Shown: in pieces, positions 38,208-47,329 of the stretch
How positions within the stretch are numbered: position 1 is the stretch's first letter
Layout: each line of letters starts with the position of its first letter
Assembly: GCA_002010215.1 (NCBI GenBank)
Contig: MTMY01000027.1
Location: 1 to 49,917, forward strand
Origin: Archaeoglobus sp. JdFR-37
GTDB taxonomy: Archaea > Halobacteriota > Archaeoglobi > Archaeoglobales > Archaeoglobaceae
Length of the DNA: 49,917 bases
Direction of reading: 5' to 3'
Notes under the pieces: model-generated
What the model was told of the DNA's origin: nothing
Database searches by the model: none
The model's input: the letters and a program-made list of their open reading frames with translations, nothing else
Position numbers and translations under genes: made by a program

Positions 38208-38771
38208 TCATGGAGAATGTAATGAATGCAACGAAGAGTAAGCTTTGGCAAACTCCAGATTTACTTCTCTAACCTCTCCCATAAACTCCTTTTGCTCTTC
38301 TCCAACATCACTGAGCTTTTCAACGTCTTTCTGGGTCTTAATCTTCATTCCATCCTCCACAAGCTTGCCATCAGGTATCTCGACTCCTATGATGATGCAT
38401 CCATGCCCGATGAAACAGTTTTTACCTATCTTGGACCTCAAAATTACGCTTCGGAACCCCACAAAGCTGTTATTGCCTATCTCAGCGGGGCCATGGATTA
38501 TGCAGCCGTGAGCCAGCGAGACATTATCGTGAACATTAACGCTGCTACCTTTCAAGGCGTGGATAATGACTCCATCCTGAATGTTGCAGCCATTACCGAC
38601 CCTGATCTCCCCCTCATCTCCCCTTAAAACGGCGGTAGGGCCGATGTAACAGTTTTTTCCAACTTCAACTTTCCCTATAACCACTGCAGCAGGGTCAACA
38701 AAAGTTCCTTCTCCGATTTCAGGCTGGCAGCTTTCGAGCCAGCTGGTTGCAGGGTTTTTTCTCAGAGTCAT
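38208..38771 (-). CDS. Gamma-class carbonic anhydrase-like hexapeptide-repeat protein
   Basis: LRGDEG, NIQDGVIIH, LAHGCIIHGP (three Zn-binding His). Confidence 0.88.
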   Translation of the reverse strand: MTLRKNPATSWLESCQPEIGEGTFVDPAAVVIGKVEVGKNCYIGPTAVLRGDEGEIRVGNGCNIQDGVIIHALKGSSVNVHDNVSLAHGCIIHGPAEIGNNSFVGFRSVILRSKIGKNCFIGHGCIIIGVEIPDGKLVEDGMKIKTQKDVEKLSDVGEEQKEFMGEVREVNLEFAKAYSSLHSLHSP

Positions 38772-38998
38772 GCATCTGGTTGGAATTTTGTCATAAATTA
38801 ATGTTTAGGTTTGGAAGCGAGTCGGTTTTATAATCGGTTTCTTAGTTTTGATTAGCTTTGCTGTGGACGGGTTAAGCTTAGAATAACCAAAGTTTATATT
38901 TTAACATAATATTGTAATGTTGTAGAGCCGTGGCCTTGACTTCAGCAATCTTCAGTAATAATGTCGGAATTGGGAGAAATCGAAGGCCATTTTAATCT

Positions 38999-39334
38999 TT
39001 AATCCTCCAGATACTTCTCAAAGTGTCTGTCAGGTATTGCAGCAGGAGGCTTAACTCTTCCCTCAGCCACTTCTTTGCTCACGTAAAGGGCACAGTAACA
39101 CCTGCCGTATTCATTGATGTCATCCTCAGCATAAACGCAAGGGCATATTATCGGTTTATCTTTCTTAACATCTCCCGTTGCAGGTCTGCAGGGGCAGTTT
39201 GCGTAGCCATAGCGCTCTTTATTCTTCAGAAGCCCCTCAGCTAATTCAAGCACAAGCTCTTTATCGGGGTTGAGGTGCCAACCTTTTCTCTCTGCAACTT
39301 TCTCCAGAATATTGTAGTATTCTTCAGGAGTCAT
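38999..39334 (-). CDS. Ferredoxin:thioredoxin reductase catalytic-subunit-like protein
   Basis: CPC..CPC..CYC motifs, GL..NKERYG; start moved to ATG 39334. Confidence 0.88.
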   Translation of the reverse strand: MTPEEYYNILEKVAERKGWHLNPDKELVLELAEGLLKNKERYGYANCPCRPATGDVKKDKPIICPCVYAEDDINEYGRCYCALYVSKEVAEGRVKPPAAIPDRHFEKYLED

Positions 39335-39335
39335 T

Positions 39336-39584
39336 TTAACCCTCCAGAAGCTCCTGAATGGCCTTTTCGTCGTATCCAAGAACGTGCTTATCCCCTTTTA
39401 TAATCAATGGAACGGCATAACTTCCCGAAATCTCATGCACCTTTTTTATGACCTCCTTCCTCTCATCACCTTCCAGCTCATCTAGGAAAATAACCTCAAA
39501 ATCCACTCCCTTTTCCTGAAGAAATTTTATTGTTCGTTTGCAGTAGGGGCATGTTGAGAGAGCATACACCGTTATGTCTGCCAA
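39336..39584 (-). CDS. Glutaredoxin / NrdH-like redoxin
   Basis: CPYC, VP, GYD; TTG start after GGTGA RBS. Confidence 0.88.
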   Translation of the reverse strand: MADITVYALSTCPYCKRTIKFLQEKGVDFEVIFLDELEGDERKEVIKKVHEISGSYAVPLIIKGDKHVLGYDEKAIQELLEG

Positions 39585-39685
39585 ATTATCACCCAAACCA
39601 ACTTGATTTTAAAAAATAAAAATTTTCCTGCTATTTTTTACAATCTACAAAAAATATACATGACTCTAGATTATATTTAGAGACA

Positions 39686-40033
39686 ATGAGTTTCAGAGCA
39701 TACGTCATAGCAGCAATCTTTCTGGCACTGTTGCTGATGGTTGCGCCCAGAAGTCGGCCCCTTCTCCAGGCCAGATGCAGACATCAACTCCGGTTCTAGC
39801 TCCAAAAACACCTGAGCCCCTGAATTTACCTGAAATACCTGTTATTGAGCACCCCGGACAGCTAATATTCATGTCAGATAGTACCTCAGAGCATTGTTAC
39901 TCAGGTTCCAAGGAGTCTGGAGATTGAAATAACCAATGTTGACGGGATGTACGGTACGGTTTCGTTTTCGGGGGTGGTGACGTACAACGGCTCACCCTAT
40001 TCAATCTCGGGGAGCATACAGGTGATTCCATGA
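39686..40033 (+). pseudogene. Frameshifted lipoprotein remnant
   Basis: MSFRAYVIAAIFLALLL, then a shifted frame GCAQKSAPSPGQ.. (lipobox + Pro/Thr linker), then a third frame ending ..SISGSIQVIP*. Confidence 0.6.
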
Positions 40034-40118
40034 TTTTGTGATGCAGGGTAAATGAAGAAATATTGAGATACTATCAAGATAAGAAAAACAAGTACAGCAA
40101 AGTATTTTTACTTTTTAA

Positions 40119-40439
40119 GTGAAACTCAGCCTCATGGCCACTCTGAGCGAAAACCTCTCAGCCCTTATAGAGTCCTTTGATTACAGTGGGAGCGTTGAAG
40201 AAAGGATTAGAATTCTTCGTGCTGCAATAGGGACGCTAGGTAACATTTTTTATGGAACCGAAAAGGAGGAAATTTATTCTGATCAGGTCAGAAGGATAAA
40301 ACTCCGTCTCAGAGAGCTCAGGGGAAAACTTGAAGGAGAAATGCCATTTGAAATATGGAAAGAACTCATGGACAATCTGGAAGAGCTGAGAGATGAGATT
40401 GAAAGGCTTGCAGTTAAAGAAGGTGTTCTGAGTAAGTGA
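40119..40439 (+). CDS. Hypothetical helical protein
   Basis: About 100-aa ORF with normal composition; start may be ATG 40134. Confidence 0.65.
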   Translation: MKLSLMATLSENLSALIESFDYSGSVEERIRILRAAIGTLGNIFYGTEKEEIYSDQVRRIKLRLRELRGKLEGEMPFEIWKELMDNLEELRDEIERLAVKEGVLSK

Positions 40440-40452
40440 GGTCGAGTAGGAT

Positions 40453-41043
40453 CTACTTTTTAACAAACTCTATTTTTCCTATTCCGAGCTGACAGATAAC
40501 TCTGGCCGTAATCTCGCCTTCTCTGACTTTCTCAAGCCCCTCAATTTCTCCAATTCCAACATTCCCTCTAAAGTCAACTTTCACATTCTCAGGGACTATG
40601 ATTATGACTTCACCCACTCCTCCCTTCACAGACACATTCACGGCATGTGGCGGAAGTTCAATGGTGACGCTGCCAGCTCCAAAATTGATTTCTGTGGAAT
40701 TGCTGCTTACAACCATCGCTCCTTCTCTCTCCATCCAACTGATGAAGACGTCTCCAGTTCCGAACTCTATCGAGCTGTCGCTGACCTTGATTGTGGATAT
40801 GTCCACAATGGTGTAAGTATATGCTGCGATTGATATCACAGCAATTATGAGAGCAGAAATAACAAACACTCCCCTCAGCACACCATTTGTAAGAATTGCG
40901 AGACCAATCAGGGATATTGCAAGGGGATAGAGTTTGTAAAGAGTGCTGGCATGTTGGGAAATCAGCTCTTTCACAACTCCTGTTGATGCAAGCAGCAGAA
41001 AAACTCCCAGTAATACCAGCAGAGCCCCTACAACCTTCCTCAT
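40453..41043 (-). CDS. LiaF-like membrane protein (N-terminal TM helices + beta-rich C-domain)
   Basis: GALLVLLGVFLL..YPL, repeated G.G.V.I units (FGAGSV, GGVGEV, GIGEI, GIGKI). Confidence 0.7.
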   Translation of the reverse strand: MRKVVGALLVLLGVFLLLASTGVVKELISQHASTLYKLYPLAISLIGLAILTNGVLRGVFVISALIIAVISIAAYTYTIVDISTIKVSDSSIEFGTGDVFISWMEREGAMVVSSNSTEINFGAGSVTIELPPHAVNVSVKGGVGEVIIIVPENVKVDFRGNVGIGEIEGLEKVREGEITARVICQLGIGKIEFVKK

Positions 41044-41525
41044 TTCTTACTCACCAAGAGGCCAATTCCAATAAGGATTAAAATTACTGCGAATAGTTGG
41101 GAATCACTAAGCCAGAAGGGTATAATATCTTTCACAAAGAACAGGACACCTATCAGGATTAAAGCGTAAGCCAACAGCTTCTTTCTGCCCTCTAACTGCT
41201 CTTCTTCTTTGTTTTCAGGGGCTTTAGAGCCTTCAGAAACTTCGGGAGATTCAGAGTCAACAACTCCACTAACTACCTCTTTTTCTTCAACCCTTCCAGC
41301 CCCTCTAACCTCTCCAACCTCTCTAACCTTTCTGACCTCCTCAGCATCCTCCTCAGGCATTATGATGGCAAGGACTAGGTAGATGAGAATCGTAATTCCC
41401 TTCAGAAAAGCACCCACAATAAAAATAAGCCTTATAAGGGTTGAGTCCACTCCAAAATACTTTGCCAGCCCACCGCAAACACCGGCTATGATTTTGTCCT
41501 TTCTGCTTCTCTGAAGTTTCTCCAT
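41040..41525 (-). CDS. pspC: PspC domain protein
   Basis: RSRKDKIIAGVCGGLAKYFGVD.TLIRL, YLVLAIIMP. Confidence 0.9.
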   Translation of the reverse strand: MEKLQRSRKDKIIAGVCGGLAKYFGVDSTLIRLIFIVGAFLKGITILIYLVLAIIMPEEDAEEVRKVREVGEVRGAGRVEEKEVVSGVVDSESPEVSEGSKAPENKEEEQLEGRKKLLAYALILIGVLFFVKDIIPFWLSDSQLFAVILILIGIGLLVSKK

Positions 41526-41770
41526 GGATTGAAAAAAGATTCGGGATACTTAATAAGGGTTGTGATGTAATGCTGCTTTTATTATAATGCTGGTTTGTTA
41601 TCTTTTTAAAAAGGCTTTAGTTGGCTACTTCTTGAATGTCGAAAATTGATAATAAGGAATGAATAGCTCACGGATAATCGACGGATAGCCGACAAATAAC
41701 GAATCAGAAAAAATCACAACGGTTAAATAGCTTCCTGAACGACTTTTTAAAAATTTCTGGTGGGTCATTT

Positions 41771-42133
41771 ATGCCAATTGAAGTGGAGATAATTACGGGA
41801 AGGACAATTGATCAGGGTAGAACGGTTGAAGAAAAGCTCAGTGAAGAATATTTCAAGGCTGTAAGCTATTGCGAACTGAGCAAGGATGACTTTGAGGCCT
41901 TGGGTTTGAATGAGGGAGATAGGGTGAAAATAAAGTCTGATTTTGGGGAAGTGGTGGTATTTGCCAGAATTGGAGATTTGCCGAAAGGCATGATCTTTAT
42001 CCCCATGGGTCCTTACGCCAATGCTGTAATAAGCGATGACACAGACGGCACGGGAATGCCGAGGTTTAAAGGAGTTAAAGCGATAGTGGACAGGACAGAT
42101 GAGGAAGTTAAGAGAATTGAGGATCTGATATAG
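41771..42133 (+). CDS. fwdD: Formylmethanofuran dehydrogenase subunit D
   Basis: TGRTIDQG, FIPMGPYAN, GTGMPRFKG. Confidence 0.93.
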   Translation: MPIEVEIITGRTIDQGRTVEEKLSEEYFKAVSYCELSKDDFEALGLNEGDRVKIKSDFGEVVVFARIGDLPKGMIFIPMGPYANAVISDDTDGTGMPRFKGVKAIVDRTDEEVKRIEDLI

Positions 42134-42160
42134 TGTGTTTGATGAGTTGAGGTGGGATAA

Positions 42161-43420
42161 ATGGAAAATGTAGTCTGCACCTTTTGCGGAAGTGTTTGTG
42201 ATGATGTCCAGTTTGATACCCAGCAGTACAAGGGCAAGAAGTTCTGTGCTCTCGGCATGTCCAAATTCAGTGCCAAAGAGAGAATTAAGTCACCCATGAT
42301 TGATGGTAAAGCTGTAAGCTATGAGGAGGCCATTGATGCAGCCGTAGATATTCTCGTGAACTCGAAAAAGCCCCTCCTCTACGGATGGGCGTCAACTGTG
42401 AATGAGGCGATAAGAGTCGGTGTCATTCTGACCGAAAAGCTTGGCGGTATCTATGACCAGTGCAGCAGCGTTTGTCATGGCCCTGGTGTTCTCTCAACCA
42501 TTGAAGAGGGTCTGCCTGGAGGAACTCTAGGGCAAGTCAAGAACAGAGCCGATGTAGTGGTCTTCTGGGGCAGCAATCCCATGGAGGCGCATCCACGCCA
42601 TCCAACCCGATATTCTGTTACTGCCAAGGGCTTTTTTGTGAAAGACAGGAAGGAAAGGAAGGTTATTGTTGTTGACGTCAGAAAGACAAAGTCTGCCAGA
42701 CTTGCTGATGAGTTCATCCAGATCAAGCCCGGTTACGATTACGCAATATTCTCGGCTCTGAGAATGCTGGTGAAGGGTGAGGAGATTGAGGCTGAAGAAG
42801 TTGGAGGGGTCAGCGTTTCAAAGCTCGCTGAATTGGCTGAAACGATGAAGAACGCCAAATACGGTGCAATTCTCTATGGTCTGGGCATTACGCAGTCAAG
42901 GGGGAGGGACAGGAACATAGAGAATGCGGTCAAGCTGATCCAGCTCCTCAACCGCTACACGAGGTGGATAATCTGGCCCATGAGAGGTCACTATAACGTT
43001 GTTGGAGCTGGTGAGGTTCCAGCGTGGGAGGTGGGCTACCAGTACGCCATAGACTTCAGCAGAGGCTACCCACGCTTCTCTCCTGCAGAATTTGCAGTAA
43101 GCGAAGCTTTACTCAGGAGGGACTGCGACGCAGCCCTTATAGTTGCCAGCGACCCAGTTGCTCATCTGCCAAAGAAGGCTGTAGAACATCTTAAGAGTAT
43201 TCCAGTCATCCAGATCGACCCCTTCCCCAATATGACCACTCTGATCTCCAAAGTGGTTATTCCTGCTGCTATTACAGGAATAGAGGCTGAAGGGACGGCA
43301 TACAGAATGGATGGGATTCCGCTGAGAGTAAAGAAGGTGGTGGATAGCGAGTACTGGAGCGACGAGAAAATCCTTCACGAGATGCTTAAGAGGGTAGAAG
43401 TGAGAATGGGATTCAGTTAG
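42161..43420 (+). CDS. fwdB: Formylmethanofuran dehydrogenase subunit B (Cys form)
   Basis: CTFCGSVCDD, VCHGP, WGSNPMEAHPRH, MRGHYNV, GTAYRMDG. Confidence 0.95.
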   Translation: MENVVCTFCGSVCDDVQFDTQQYKGKKFCALGMSKFSAKERIKSPMIDGKAVSYEEAIDAAVDILVNSKKPLLYGWASTVNEAIRVGVILTEKLGGIYDQCSSVCHGPGVLSTIEEGLPGGTLGQVKNRADVVVFWGSNPMEAHPRHPTRYSVTAKGFFVKDRKERKVIVVDVRKTKSARLADEFIQIKPGYDYAIFSALRMLVKGEEIEAEEVGGVSVSKLAELAETMKNAKYGAILYGLGITQSRGRDRNIENAVKLIQLLNRYTRWIIWPMRGHYNVVGAGEVPAWEVGYQYAIDFSRGYPRFSPAEFAVSEALLRRDCDAALIVASDPVAHLPKKAVEHLKSIPVIQIDPFPNMTTLISKVVIPAAITGIEAEGTAYRMDGIPLRVKKVVDSEYWSDEKILHEMLKRVEVRMGFS

Positions 43421-43430
43421 GGGTGAAATT

Positions 43431-45122
43431 ATGGGAATTATGAATCTTCACATTAAGAATGGTATAGTAATTGACACGAAAAATGGGATCAAAGCCGAGA
43501 AAATGGATATTTTCGTTAAAGGTGGGAAAATTGTACAGGAAAGCGAAATTGAGGGAGATGTAAAAGTTATTGATGCAAGCAACAAGCTGGTTGTGGCTGG
43601 CGGCGTTGATATGCATGCTCACATTGCTGGAAGCAAGATAAACTCCGGCAGAACCATGAGACCAGAGGAGATGAGAATAGTCAGGCAGACAGCAGGGAAG
43701 CTCCGCACTTCCATGGGACGAGTTCTTCTAACCTCTCCGGCCATCGGATATGAGTACGCGAAAATGGGTTACACAACTTCCTTCGAAGCTGCAAGTCCTC
43801 CAATTGGAAGCCTTCACACCCATGAGGAGCTCGATTCAATTCCTGTTATCGACAAGGCCATGCTTCCGGTTTTCGGGAACTGGCACCTGGTTTTCAAATA
43901 TACTGCCGAGAAAGATACTGAGAAGATGAAAGCTCTGATTGCTTGGGCCATCGAGCGGACAAAGGGTTTCGGTGTCAAGGTTGTCAATCCGGGCGGTGTT
44001 GAGAAATGGATGTATGGAGGTAATGTTACCAGCCTTGATGATCCTGTAGAGTACTTTAATGTAACACCCCGGGAAATAATAACTGAGCTTGTTAAAGCAA
44101 CAGAGGGGCTCAATCTGCCCCATAGCGTCCATCTGCACTGCAACCGCCTTGGCGTGCCAGGTAACTACGAAACAACCATTGAGACAATGAAGCTTGTCAG
44201 CGGATTCAAGAATGATGAGAGGCAGGTCCTGCATGTAACCCATGTGCAGTTCAACTCCTACAGCGGTTCTTCATGGAGGGATGTTGGAAGCGGAGCAGAT
44301 GAGATTGCAAAGTTTGTGAATAAAGCGGATAACATCACAATTGACATGGGACAGCCTGTATTTGGTCATGCAACAGCCATGACGGGCGACGCACCATTCC
44401 AGTTCAACTTGCACAAGCTTCTGGGAGCGAAGTGGATAAACAAGGACGTGGAGCTAGAGACGGGAGCTGGTATAATACCCTTGGTTTATCTGCCCAAGAA
44501 TCCTGTTCATGCGGTGCAGTGGGCGATAGGGCTTGAGCTCGGTCTGCTTACGGATAGCGACAAGGTTGTAATCTCCACAGACTTCCCCAATGGCGGGCCG
44601 TACACCAAGTATCCCTATATAATGGCCATGCTGATGAGTGCCAAGATGAGGGAGAAAGAGATTGCCAATGCCAGCCCCTACATTCAGAAGGCAACAAATC
44701 TGCCGTCAATAGATGCTGAGAAGACTTTAGAGGAAACCATTCACATGACGAGGGCACTGCCTGCAAGAATTCTCGGTCTGCAGACCAAGGGTCATTTAGG
44801 CGTGGGAGGAGATGCAGATATAGCCATCTATGACCTCAATCCGCTGGAGGTTGACCCCAGCACTGAGTATGAAGTGGTGGAAAAAGCCCTTTCTACGCCC
44901 ATTTACACCATAAAGGGTGGAGAGATCGTGGTCAAGGATGGAGAGTTGGTACAGGAAGTCTGGGGAAGAACTTACTGGATAGATGCAATGTCTCAGGTGA
45001 GCACGGAAGTCATAGAGGAAGATCTTGATGACTACTTCACCCATTATTACACAATCCAGCGCTACAATTACGGCGTTGAGGAAGCCTGGCTGAGAGCTCC
45101 TGAGAAAATAGTGGTGGGGTGA
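43431..45122 (+). CDS. fwdA: Formylmethanofuran dehydrogenase subunit A
   Basis: GGVDMHAHIAG, KVVNPGG, HLHCNRLG.PGN, THVQF, STDFPNGGP. Confidence 0.95.
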   Translation: MGIMNLHIKNGIVIDTKNGIKAEKMDIFVKGGKIVQESEIEGDVKVIDASNKLVVAGGVDMHAHIAGSKINSGRTMRPEEMRIVRQTAGKLRTSMGRVLLTSPAIGYEYAKMGYTTSFEAASPPIGSLHTHEELDSIPVIDKAMLPVFGNWHLVFKYTAEKDTEKMKALIAWAIERTKGFGVKVVNPGGVEKWMYGGNVTSLDDPVEYFNVTPREIITELVKATEGLNLPHSVHLHCNRLGVPGNYETTIETMKLVSGFKNDERQVLHVTHVQFNSYSGSSWRDVGSGADEIAKFVNKADNITIDMGQPVFGHATAMTGDAPFQFNLHKLLGAKWINKDVELETGAGIIPLVYLPKNPVHAVQWAIGLELGLLTDSDKVVISTDFPNGGPYTKYPYIMAMLMSAKMREKEIANASPYIQKATNLPSIDAEKTLEETIHMTRALPARILGLQTKGHLGVGGDADIAIYDLNPLEVDPSTEYEVVEKALSTPIYTIKGGEIVVKDGELVQEVWGRTYWIDAMSQVSTEVIEEDLDDYFTHYYTIQRYNYGVEEAWLRAPEKIVVG

Positions 45123-45832
45123 TTGTCATGATGGTGCTCAAGCCCAAGACTGATTTCGCCGTAACTGTTGAGGCTGAAATCACACCTGAGCTTGCTACCA
45201 TGAGTGTAGAGGAGGCATCCAAGTTTAAGGTATATCATGGCAGGGAGCAAGTGAGCCTAGGGGAGCTCTTTGAGATAACGAAGGAAGGTGACGATAAGAA
45301 GCTGGTGTTGGAAGGAGATTTCAGTAGAGTGAAGTGGATTGGAGCCAGGATGGAGGACGGAGAAATCATTGTCAAGGGTAGTATAGGCGCCCACTGCGGT
45401 GCTTACATGAAGGGTGGAAGGATAGAGATTGAAGGTGATGCAGACGACTGGCTTGGAGCTGAGATGAGCGGTGGAGAAATCGTCGTCAAGGGAAATGCCA
45501 GAAACCTTGTTGGATGCGCATATTATGGCGATATGAAGGGTATGAGCGGTGGAAGGATTCTAATTGAAGGTAATGCTGGGAATTACATTGGAGAAAAGAT
45601 GGCTGGTGGTGAGATAGAGATAAAGGGAGATGCAGGAGACTTTATTGGTACAGAGATGACCAATGGTGTCATTATAATCCACAGAAGCTGTGGATTTGCG
45701 GGAGGAGACATGAAGGGAGGAGAAATAAGGATAGGCGGAGAATTCGATTTGCTGCCGTCGTTCAAGAAAGGCGATGAGGGCTATGTTGGGGACATCAATG
45801 TAGGTGGAAAGGGAGTAATAAGGCAGATTTGA
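45119..45832 (+). CDS. fwdC: Formylmethanofuran dehydrogenase subunit C
   Basis: GXGXG beta-helix repeats G..M.GG.I.I.G. Confidence 0.93.
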   Translation: MIVMMVLKPKTDFAVTVEAEITPELATMSVEEASKFKVYHGREQVSLGELFEITKEGDDKKLVLEGDFSRVKWIGARMEDGEIIVKGSIGAHCGAYMKGGRIEIEGDADDWLGAEMSGGEIVVKGNARNLVGCAYYGDMKGMSGGRILIEGNAGNYIGEKMAGGEIEIKGDAGDFIGTEMTNGVIIIHRSCGFAGGDMKGGEIRIGGEFDLLPSFKKGDEGYVGDINVGGKGVIRQI

Positions 45833-45871
45833 TTTAGATTTTAATTTTTAACTTTTTAGTTTGGGAAAGAG

Positions 45872-46582
45872 CTATCTCACTTTGAAGAGCTTCTCAACAT
45901 TCTCCTTCAGTAAAAGTCTCAACTCCCCCCTTACAAGCTCTAACTCCCATATTTTCCGAATTTCACTCTCTATGCTGCCAAAGGGCACATCAGAGCCGAA
46001 GAGCACCCTTTCAGCACCAACCTCCTCAACAAACCTCATGATAGTTGCCGGAGACGCCAGAGACGTGTCAAAGTAAATATTATCGTGTTCCCTGAAAGTC
46101 CTGAGGAAATCAAGGGGCGCACCGCCAAGACCCCCCAGGTGAGGGATAATCAAAGTCAGTTCCGGGAATTTATCCACGAATTGTTTTGTAAAATCCAGCT
46201 CTTCCTCAAAAATCAAGGGGAGACTGAGATCAGCTACATAATCCACGAACTTCGGCAAATCTTCCCTTTCCAGAGTTCTGTAATTGGAAGATAAATCTGA
46301 CACACCACCAACCCAGTGCCATTTAACTGCCACAAATTCGCTGCTTGGCTTTGGTAAATGTGCGTTCAGGCAGAAAATGGGAAGAAACTCATCATGCTTC
46401 CGGCATATTTCAAGAACCATTCTGTTTGCCTCATCTCCATTCTCCGCATACGATGGAAAAGGCATAATAGCAGCTTTTCCAACTCCAGCATTTTCCATTT
46501 CTTTCTTTACCCTTTCAACACTCACGTGTATGCCCAGAGCATGTGAAGGGCCTATGTGGATGTGGGAATCTATGGCGAACAT
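45872..46582 (-). CDS. Amidohydrolase-family (amidohydro_2) protein
   Basis: IDSHIH, IPHLGG, YFDTS, VLFGSDVPF. Confidence 0.85.
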   Translation of the reverse strand: MFAIDSHIHIGPSHALGIHVSVERVKKEMENAGVGKAAIMPFPSYAENGDEANRMVLEICRKHDEFLPIFCLNAHLPKPSSEFVAVKWHWVGGVSDLSSNYRTLEREDLPKFVDYVADLSLPLIFEEELDFTKQFVDKFPELTLIIPHLGGLGGAPLDFLRTFREHDNIYFDTSLASPATIMRFVEEVGAERVLFGSDVPFGSIESEIRKIWELELVRGELRLLLKENVEKLFKVR

Positions 46583-46615
46583 TCTTATCTTTCAAGTTTC
46601 TTTCATCTATCTCAG

Positions 46616-46918
46616 CTACTCTCCTCCCCCAAGTCCTGCCTGTTCTTTCCCACTCCCTCTGATACAGTAAAATTTCCACCTAAGGGACATCATATCCGTG
46701 ACTGGGCAGGATGGGCAGAGGCAGCCTTTCTCCTCAGTAATAATTGAACTTTTACCCATAGCACAGAACACAAGACTGCTTTCACCTGTCCCAGTATAAC
46801 TCGGACACTCTCCACAATACGATTTGCAGACATCCCTCATACTCTCAAGTCTTTTGGCCATTTCTTCCTCTGAAAGGCCCTTCAAGGATGCCATCTTATC
46901 TTCAAAGCTCTCTTTCAC
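46616..46918 (-). CDS. DUF2769-like Cys-rich protein
   Basis: CKSYCGECPSY, FCAMGKS, GCLCPSCPV, FYC; GTG start after GGAGG. Confidence 0.75.
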   Translation of the reverse strand: MKESFEDKMASLKGLSEEEMAKRLESMRDVCKSYCGECPSYTGTGESSLVFCAMGKSSIITEEKGCLCPSCPVTDMMSLRWKFYCIRGSGKEQAGLGGGE

Positions 46919-47329
46919 ATATCTTCCCCTCCTTAAGGTTGGACTGATGATATAAAACTCATCAATCATATATGTTTCTATTATGTTTCTATCCTAGATT
47001 TTTCCGAAATTCGCTTTTAAATTCACTTTCTTGCAGAGTCCTTAGATTGTTAAACCTCTTAAACCCCACTTACCCTTCCTTAATTTTTCATGCTTTAAAT
47101 TAATCGGGACAAAAAAGGAGCAATTGAGACTGAAGAGGAGCTCGATTAGAATAATATAGTTATATATAATAGTACTAATACTATGCACATTCTATGAGGC
47201 AAATCAAAGCCCAATACAGAAAATCTTTGTCTTCACTGCAGAGCATACTGCAGAACCCCGCGGAATGGACGCTAATATCAACATACATCCAAAGTTTTTT
47301 ATTCTTCCTTTCTTCTTTCAACTGGGAGG

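Noticed and set aside
42161..43420. Possible selenocysteine in FwdB
   Set aside because: The active-site codon is TGT (VCHGP) and there is no in-frame TGA.
45119..45832. Gly-rich repeats in fwdC
   Set aside because: This is the normal GXGXG beta-helix of the family.
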